A stretch of 64,000 bases of DNA from Candidatus Latescibacterota bacterium (lineage in GTDB: Bacteria > Latescibacterota > UBA2968 > GCA-2709665). The stretch is taken from the NCBI GenBank assembly GCA_965203805.1, contig OZ241917.1, forward strand, positions 5,248,001 through 5,312,000, in the 5' to 3' direction. Positions 57,342 to 64,000 of the stretch are shown one piece after another (the stretch's first letter is position 1; the number at the start of each line of letters is the position of its first letter). The notes under the pieces were generated by a model. The model saw only the letters and a program-made list of their open reading frames with translations. It was not told the DNA's origin and did not search any database. A program made the position numbers and the translations under genes.

Positions 57342-59195
57342 ATGAATCGGACACTCAAAGACCTGATGAACGAGAGCTTCGCGGAGCACGCGGATCGGAC
57401 CGCCGTGCGCGTTCTGAGGCAGTCCGATCAGCAGGTCGAACGGGGCTTGCGCTACGTTCCGATGACCTACGCGCAGCTCCGGGAACAGAGAGACAGGCTG
57501 GCGTCCGGGCTGGCCCGAGCCGGATATGCAAAGGGCGACCGCGTGGGGATACTGACGGACGGCGGCCTCGAATCGGTATTGATTTTCCTGGCGGCGGATA
57601 TGCTGGGGTTGTCTTCGGTGCCGCTGTGCAACAAGCTGCCTGACGATATTCTCAAGTATATGATCGAACATTCGGGCCTTGAGGTGCTGTTCCTGGACAG
57701 CAGGAGCCGGGAACAGGCGGACCGGGTTCTGCCAGGTCTGGCGAAATCCCCGAGACTGATCCTGACGGAGGGCCAGTCCGATGACATCCGGTCGTTTTTC
57801 GCCCTGGTTCAGGATGGCGGTCAGGCGCCTCCGCCCGACGTGGAAATCTACCCGGACGACGAGTCGAAGGTGGTCTACACCTCGGGTTCGTCGGGCCTGC
57901 CCAAGGGCGTGGTGCAGACCCATCGCAACCTGGTGGACAACGTCCGGTCGGTATGGGACGGGATATCCCGCCGCGAACAACCCGTTCTGTTCAAGTCCGC
58001 TCCGGACTACCATACCATGGGCATTCTGAACATCTACTTTCCCCTCTTCAAGGGCTGGACGCTGGACCTCGCGCGTTCGCCGGACCGGGTGCTGGTGGAC
58101 ATTCGATATTCCGAGCCGCACGGCTTCCTGACCGTGCCCCTGATTCTGGACAAGGTCTATGGAAACGTGCGCAAGGAAATCGACGCGGGAGGCGTCAAGG
58201 GCAAACTGGTTGAGCGCGCGGTACGGGCCAAACGAAACATCTCCAGGGGCGCGTCTTCGTTCTCGGACCGGGCCGTGTATGGACTGATCGGGAAGAAGGT
58301 GGTGGCGGCGATTAAGGAAAAGCTGTCCCAGCGCGTGGGCGGACGGCTGGAACTTCTGATCGTGGGCTCTGCCAAGGCGGATCCGGAGGCGCTGGATTTC
58401 TTCCAGGACGTCCTGGATATCACCTCGCTGGAAGGGTACGGCACCACCGAGTGCTGTCCCCTGATCGCGGTCAATACGCTGGACGCCCAGAAGACCGGTA
58501 CGGTGGGAAGGCCGCTGCAGGAGGTGAAGCTGGTGACCGAAGAGGGTGAGGAGGTCGGAGCCGGCGACCCCGAAACGCACACGTACCGGGACAGCGGCGG
58601 AAAAGATGGAGAACTCTGGGTGCACGGGTCCCACGTGATGCGCAAATATCTCAACGATCCCGATCGTACCGCGGAGACGCTGGTCAAAGACGACGCCGGC
58701 AAGACGTGGTATCGGACCGGCGATCTATTCAGCATCGACGGCGACGGGTACCTGACGTTTCGCGGGCGCCTGGGGCGGCAGTTCAAATTGAGCAACGGGG
58801 AGTTTGTGAATCCCGAGCTTCTCGAACGACTGTACGCCAGGGTGCCGTTGGTCGAACACGTGATCATCTACGGCGATCAGAGCGGTTCCTTTCCCATGCC
58901 GGTTGTCACGGTGAACGTCGAAGAGGCGCGGACGTTGTCCGATATCCAGGACCTTCCTGACGATGATGACGCGGTGCGCAGGCACTCGGGCGTGGCGGAT
59001 CGTCTGCGGGAACTCCTGCTGAACGAAGCGACCGCCGCCGGCCTGCCCGGACACGAGCGTCCCCAGAGGGTGCTGGTGCTGCCGGACGCGCTGAGCGAGG
59101 AGGCGGGTACGCTTACGCGGGGGTTGAAGAAGGTGGTTCCCGGGGCGATTCTGGAACAGTACCGGGACAGCGTGGAGGCGGCGTATTCCAGTTAG
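57342..59195 (+). CDS. Long-chain fatty acid-CoA ligase (AMP-dependent synthetase)
   Basis: YTSGSSGLPKG, EGYGTTE, WYRTGD, KLSNGEFVNP. Confidence 0.9.
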   Translation: MNRTLKDLMNESFAEHADRTAVRVLRQSDQQVERGLRYVPMTYAQLREQRDRLASGLARAGYAKGDRVGILTDGGLESVLIFLAADMLGLSSVPLCNKLPDDILKYMIEHSGLEVLFLDSRSREQADRVLPGLAKSPRLILTEGQSDDIRSFFALVQDGGQAPPPDVEIYPDDESKVVYTSGSSGLPKGVVQTHRNLVDNVRSVWDGISRREQPVLFKSAPDYHTMGILNIYFPLFKGWTLDLARSPDRVLVDIRYSEPHGFLTVPLILDKVYGNVRKEIDAGGVKGKLVERAVRAKRNISRGASSFSDRAVYGLIGKKVVAAIKEKLSQRVGGRLELLIVGSAKADPEALDFFQDVLDITSLEGYGTTECCPLIAVNTLDAQKTGTVGRPLQEVKLVTEEGEEVGAGDPETHTYRDSGGKDGELWVHGSHVMRKYLNDPDRTAETLVKDDAGKTWYRTGDLFSIDGDGYLTFRGRLGRQFKLSNGEFVNPELLERLYARVPLVEHVIIYGDQSGSFPMPVVTVNVEEARTLSDIQDLPDDDDAVRRHSGVADRLRELLLNEATAAGLPGHERPQRVLVLPDALSEEAGTLTRGLKKVVPGAILEQYRDSVEAAYSS

Positions 59196-59239
59196 GGAAC
59201 GCTTCCCGATACGTAAACTTCGAATAGAGGAGCATTCGA

Positions 59240-60283
59240 ATGCCGGTCTTCTCCGCGGAAGCGTTACGCAGGATAGGGCGGGACATCTATGAGCGCGCCG
59301 GCGCCACGTCCGAAGAAGCCGAGACCGTCGCGGGGCAGCTGGTGGCGTCCAGCCTGTCCGGCCACGACTCCCATGGCGTACTGCGCCTGCCGCAATACGT
59401 GGCGGGTGTGGCGTCCGGGCAGATTGTTCCCGGCGCCGTGGTCGAGGTGGAGCGGGAGACGCCCGCAACGGCCGTGTTGAATGGGAACTGGGGGTTCGGA
59501 CACGTGACGGCGGTGGCGGCAATGAACGTGGCCATTCGCAAGGCCCGCGAGGCCTCCGTGGGGCTGGTCACGGTTCACCGGTGCAACCACGTCGGCCGGC
59601 TTGGCGCTTTTTCGCCGCTGGCCGCCGAAGCGGGCATGATCGGCATGCTGGCGAACAACGGACACGGGGCCGATCTGGCGATGCCCCCGTCGGGCGGAAT
59701 CGGGCGGATCCTGCCCGCGAACTGTCTGGCGGTGGCGTGTCCGTCCGCGGGGGAATTTCCGATCGCCCTGGACTTTACCACCGCGGTGGCGGCAGGCGGC
59801 AAGGTTCGCGTGACGCTGGCGAAGGGAGAACGCATGCCCGACGGCTGGATGATCGACCATCGGGGTTATCCGACGAACGATCCGCGGGACTATATGACGG
59901 AGCCGAAAGGCGCGTTGCTGCCGTTCGGCGGGCCCGTGGCCCATAAGGGATACGGCCTGGCCTTCGTCATCGACATTCTCTCGGGCGCCCTGTCGCCGGC
60001 CGGTTGTTCCCGGGAGAATTCGAAGGAAACCGGCAATGCGCTTTTCGTGCAGGCGATCAATATCGAAGCGTTTCAGCCGCTGGATGCGTTCAAGGCTGAG
60101 GTCAAACGGTTCATCGACTACGTGAAGTCGGCCAAACCGGCGCCGGGGTCGGACGAAGTGCTGGTGCCCGGAGAGCGTTCGTGGCGCACCAGGAAAGAGC
60201 GTTCGGAGTCCGGCATCCCCGTCCAGGACGCGACGTGGGCGCAAATCGTGGAGACGGGCAGGAAAGTCGGCCTCAATCTGTAG
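59240..60283 (+). CDS. Ldh_2 family (type 2 malate/L-lactate dehydrogenase-like) oxidoreductase
   Basis: GHDSHG, NHVGRLG, LDFTT, HKGYGL, VPGE. Confidence 0.9.
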   Translation: MPVFSAEALRRIGRDIYERAGATSEEAETVAGQLVASSLSGHDSHGVLRLPQYVAGVASGQIVPGAVVEVERETPATAVLNGNWGFGHVTAVAAMNVAIRKAREASVGLVTVHRCNHVGRLGAFSPLAAEAGMIGMLANNGHGADLAMPPSGGIGRILPANCLAVACPSAGEFPIALDFTTAVAAGGKVRVTLAKGERMPDGWMIDHRGYPTNDPRDYMTEPKGALLPFGGPVAHKGYGLAFVIDILSGALSPAGCSRENSKETGNALFVQAINIEAFQPLDAFKAEVKRFIDYVKSAKPAPGSDEVLVPGERSWRTRKERSESGIPVQDATWAQIVETGRKVGLNL

Positions 60284-60386
60284 CACCTGCTATCGATAGC
60301 AAAGACAGCAAAGTCGGATCCGCCAACCGGCAACGATCGTTCGACGGGCGCGATCACTTGATGGATACCTGAGGAGGTCGTTGGAA

Positions 60387-61721
60387 ATGTCAGACGAAAT
60401 TCGATCCAGAGCCGAGGGCGCCCGGACCGCGGCATTGCAGTTGAGCAACGCGTCCGAGGGGGAACGGAACGCCGCGCTGGAGTCGATCGCGCGGGGCCTG
60501 GAAGCCAACGCGGGCGCGATTCTGGAGGCGAACCGGAGGGATCTGGAAGCCGCGGAGGCCCTGCTTGCCGAGGGCAGGCTGACGGGCGCGCTGGTGGGGC
60601 GGCTGAAGGTGGATGAGATCAAGCTGCGCAACGAAATCATCCGCGGGGTTCACAGCGTAAGAGCGCAGGGGGACCCCATTGGCCGGACGCTGGCGGCCAC
60701 GGAGATGGACCACGGGTTGAATGTGTATAAGGTCTCGGTACCCATCGGCGTCCTGGGGATCGTGTTCGAATCACGGCCTGACGCGCTCGTGCAGATCGCC
60801 ACGCTCTGTCTGAAGTCGGGCAATGCGGTACTGCTGAAGGGCGGCAGCGAGGCGTTCCATACCAATCGCGCACTGGCGAAGGTCCTCGTTGCGTCGACAC
60901 GCGGTTTGCCCGGCGTTCCGGACGGCTGGATGCACTTGATGGAGGCGCGTGAGGACGTGCAGGCCATGCTGGACCTGCACCATCTGATCGACCTCATCAT
61001 CCCCAGGGGCGGCAACGAGCTGGTCCAGCACATCATGCGGAATACCCGTATTCCGGTAATGGGGCATGCCGACGGCATCTGCCACGTGTACGTGCACGCG
61101 GCGGCGGACCTCGGGAAGGCGAGGCGGATCTGTCTGGATGCCAAGATCCAGTATCCCTCGGGGTGCAACGCGGTGGAGACGTTGCTGGTAGACAGGGAAA
61201 TCGCGGGAGAATTCCTGCCGGAAATGGTGGAAATATACCAGCGGAACGGCGTGGATGTACGTGGGGACGATCTCACGCGAACGCTGGCGGGAAACGCGCT
61301 GACCCGGGCGACGGAGGAGGACTGGGCAACGGAATATCTCGACCTGGCGATCTCGGTCAAAGTGGTGAACGGCGTTCATGAAGCGGTCGAACATATCAAC
61401 CGATACAGCAGCAACCACACCGATGCGATTGTCACGGAAGACGGGGCGGCGGCGTCCAGGTTCCTGCGCGAGGTGGATTCCGCGTCCACGCTGCACAACG
61501 CGTCGACCCGGTTTGCCGACGGGTTCCGCTACGGTCTGGGCGCCGAGGTGGGCATCAGCACCAACCGGCTGCACAGCCGGGGGCCCGTGGGCCTCGAGGG
61601 CCTCGTCATCTACAAATACATCATCGAGGGGACCGGGCAGATTGCGGGCGATTATCTTGGAGAAGACGCGAAGGCGTTCACCCATCGACCCCTCGCCGAA
61701 ACGTGGACTCCGGAAAGCTGA
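60387..61721 (+). CDS. proA: Gamma-glutamyl phosphate reductase
   Basis: VPIGVLGIVFESRP, LKGGSEA, IPRGG, CNAVETLL, NASTRFADG, RGPVGL. Confidence 0.95.
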   Translation: MSDEIRSRAEGARTAALQLSNASEGERNAALESIARGLEANAGAILEANRRDLEAAEALLAEGRLTGALVGRLKVDEIKLRNEIIRGVHSVRAQGDPIGRTLAATEMDHGLNVYKVSVPIGVLGIVFESRPDALVQIATLCLKSGNAVLLKGGSEAFHTNRALAKVLVASTRGLPGVPDGWMHLMEAREDVQAMLDLHHLIDLIIPRGGNELVQHIMRNTRIPVMGHADGICHVYVHAAADLGKARRICLDAKIQYPSGCNAVETLLVDREIAGEFLPEMVEIYQRNGVDVRGDDLTRTLAGNALTRATEEDWATEYLDLAISVKVVNGVHEAVEHINRYSSNHTDAIVTEDGAAASRFLREVDSASTLHNASTRFADGFRYGLGAEVGISTNRLHSRGPVGLEGLVIYKYIIEGTGQIAGDYLGEDAKAFTHRPLAETWTPES

Positions 61722-61732
61722 GGTCTTTTGTG

Positions 61733-64000
61733 ATGAATAGTCTATTGCGGTTTCCGGTTCTGTATTGTCTCATCCTGCTCGGCGCGTGTTCGACAACGCA
61801 AAAGGCGGCCCCGCCTCAGGCGCCTGCGCCGCCGCCCGCGCCGAAGCTGCCGGTGGATCCGAACGTGACGCTTGGTACGCTGCAGAACGGCGTCCGGTAC
61901 ATAATACGTGAGAACAAACGCCCGGAAAACCGCGCCGAGTTGCGCCTCGTGGTGAACGCGGGTTCGATTCTGGAAGACGAGGATCAGCAGGGTCTGGCTC
62001 ATTTCGTGGAACACATGGCGTTCAACGGCACCCGGAATTTTCCCAAGCTGGACCTGGTGGATTATCTTGAATCGATCGGCATGCGTTTCGGCCCCGACCT
62101 GAATGCCTATACGAGCTTCGACGAGACCGTGTATATGCTCCAGGCGCCCACGGACAGCGCACGGGTTGTCACGCAGGCGTTCCGGATTTTGGAGGACTGG
62201 GCTTCCGGCGTGCTCTTCGAAGCCGAGGAGATTGAAAAGGAGAGAGGGGTGGTGATCGAGGAATGGCGGCTGGGCCGGGGCGCCGGCGCCCGGTTGCGAG
62301 ACAAGCAGTTTCCGATCCTGCTCAAGGGCTCCCGGTACGCGGAAAGGCTGCCCATAGGAAGGAAGGCGGTGCTGGACACGTTCAGACATGAGGCGGCGAA
62401 GCGTTTTTATCGGGACTGGTACCGGCCGGACCTGATGGCCGTCATCGCGGTGGGTGATTTCGAGACGGAATGGATCGAGGGATTGATTCGGGAACACTTC
62501 GGGCGGATTCCCGCGGCGGGCGAACCCAGAGCCCGGACCTTGCACCCGGTTCCGGGGCACGACGAAACGCTGTTCGCAATCGCCACCGATCCGGAGGCAA
62601 CGCGCACGAATGTGTCCATCTATTACAAGCATCCCGTTCGCGAGCAGGATTCGGCAGAGGCCTATCGACAGAACATCGTCGAGTCTCTGTACAACCGGAT
62701 GCTGAACGCAAGGCTGCGTGAACTGACAAAAAAGCCCGACGCGCCTTTTCTGTTCGCGTACTCCAACCAGGGACGCTTTATCAGGACGAGCGAGTTTTAC
62801 GTGCAGGGCGCCGTCGTGAGGGAGGGCGGGCTCCTGCGCGGGCTGGAAGCCGTGCTCACGGAGGCCGCAAGGGTGCGCCTGCACGGGTTCACGCAGTCCG
62901 AACTGGACCGTGAAAAGACCGAGGCGCTCAGGGGAATGGAGCGTGCAAACGCGGAGCGGGACAAAGTTCGGTCCCGCAGGTTTGCGTCGGAATATATCCG
63001 TCATTTCCTGACGGGTGAGCCTATTCCCGGAATCGAGCACGAATACAGGATGTTCCAGGAAATGGTACCAGGGATTCAGCTGGCGGAGGTGAACCGCCTC
63101 GCCGGCGAGTGGATTACCGGGGATAATCGGGTGGTTCTGATCGACGGACCGGAGAAGCAGGGCGTGACGATGCCCACTCGAGACGAATTGGCGGCGGTGA
63201 TCGACAATGTGGACCGGAAGCAGATCGAGCCCTACGAAGACGCGGCGTCGGCCCGACCCCTGGTAGAGACGCCGCCGACGCCCGGCGAAATCGTCGCGGA
63301 GAAACAGATCGCAGAACTGGACGTGACGGAGTGGACGCTATCCAATGGCGTCCGCGTTGTGCTGAAGCCAACTGATTTCAAGAACGACGAGGTGCTGTTT
63401 TCGGCATTCAGCCCCGGCGGCCTCGGGCTGGTTTCGGACCGGGACTATCTCGCGGCCGTAACCGCATCGGCTGTCGTCCAGGAAGGCGGTCTGGGATCCT
63501 TTGACGCGATCGGTCTGGAAAAGAAGCTGGCCGGAAAAGTCGTAGGCGTATCGCCCTGGATCCAGGGACTTCGCGAAGGGGTCAGGGGCAGCGCGTCGTT
63601 GAAAGACCTGGAGACGATGTTCCAGCTGGTCTACCTGACGTTCACGGCGCCTCGCAAGGATCCCAGCGCGTTTCTGGCCTACGTTCAGCGCATCCGCGGA
63701 TCGCTGGAAAACCGCAGCGCCAGCCCGGCGACAGCCTTCGGCGATACGATTCAGGTCACCATGTCGCAGTATCACCATCGGGCGCGGGTGTGGTCCGAAG
63801 CGCTGCTTGAGGAAATGGACCTCGAGCGTTCGATCGAGATTTACAGAGACCGGTTTGCAGACGCGAGCGATTTCGTGTTCTTTTTTGTGGGAAACCTCGA
63901 TCTGGATGGCATCCGCCCGTTGGTAAAGACTTATCTGGGCGGATTGCCCGCGACCCGGCGAAACGAGACCTGGCGCGACGTGGGTTTGCGGCCTCCCCGG
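61733..64000 (+). CDS. pqqL: M16 (insulinase/PqqL-like) zinc peptidase lipoprotein, truncated by the window end
   Basis: Absent from the ORF track because no stop falls in the window; translated by eye: lipobox LGAC, LQNGVRY, GLAHFVEHMAFNG (HxxEH), NAYTSFDETVY. Confidence 0.88.
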   Translation, partial: MNSLLRFPVLYCLILLGACSTTQKAAPPQAPAPPPAPKLPVDPNVTLGTLQNGVRYIIRENKRPENRAELRLVVNAGSILEDEDQQGLAHFVEHMAFNGTRNFPKLDLVDYLESIGMRFGPDLNAYTSFDETVYMLQAPTDSARVVTQAFRILEDWASGVLFEAEEIEKERGVVIEEWRLGRGAGARLRDKQFPILLKGSRYAERLPIGRKAVLDTFRHEAAKRFYRDWYRPDLMAVIAVGDFETEWIEGLIREHFGRIPAAGEPRARTLHPVPGHDETLFAIATDPEATRTNVSIYYKHPVREQDSAEAYRQNIVESLYNRMLNARLRELTKKPDAPFLFAYSNQGRFIRTSEFYVQGAVVREGGLLRGLEAVLTEAARVRLHGFTQSELDREKTEALRGMERANAERDKVRSRRFASEYIRHFLTGEPIPGIEHEYRMFQEMVPGIQLAEVNRLAGEWITGDNRVVLIDGPEKQGVTMPTRDELAAVIDNVDRKQIEPYEDAASARPLVETPPTPGEIVAEKQIAELDVTEWTLSNGVRVVLKPTDFKNDEVLFSAFSPGGLGLVSDRDYLAAVTASAVVQEGGLGSFDAIGLEKKLAGKVVGVSPWIQGLREGVRGSASLKDLETMFQLVYLTFTAPRKDPSAFLAYVQRIRGSLENRSASPATAFGDTIQVTMSQYHHRARVWSEALLEEMDLERSIEIYRDRFADASDFVFFFVGNLDLDGIRPLVKTYLGGLPATRRNETWRDVGLRPPR

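Overview
GC-rich bacterial chromosomal window. The gene mix (ankyrin-repeat protein, PhyH dioxygenase, BNR-repeat protein, ECF sigma factor with a fused C-terminal domain, TonB receptor, many TA modules) suggests an FCB-related, possibly host-associated lineage; this is inference only. Positions 1-14.3 kb form a visibly more AT-rich defence island. It holds a type IIG restriction-modification enzyme, then a co-oriented block encoding a DpdA-type DNA transglycosylase with an extra N-terminal YaaA/DUF6884-like domain, a UvrD-like SF1 helicase and an Fe-S PD-(D/E)xK nuclease. No dpdB, free-standing dpdC, dpdD-K or que genes are in the window, which makes this block the best candidate for an undescribed system. 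Intact and decayed toxin-antitoxin modules follow it. The remaining ~50 kb is mostly metabolic or housekeeping (gluconolactonase, MFS, TonB receptor, Lhr helicase, sugar-acid cluster, acyl-CoA ligases, thiolase/DUF35, proA, M16 peptidase), interrupted by small insertions. Other notable structure: (i) a 33-bp palindromic element, twice carrying a smaller nested relative, inserted with a GC duplication into REP-like repeats; (ii) three cargo segments bracketed by imperfect direct repeats with no recombinase nearby; (iii) two diverged paralogous modules of a large helical antitoxin-like protein plus a RelE-like toxin, 43 kb apart; (iv) candidate structured RNA leaders. No rRNA, tRNA, CRISPR array, transposase or integrase was recognised. 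All family calls come from reading motifs, not from database searches.
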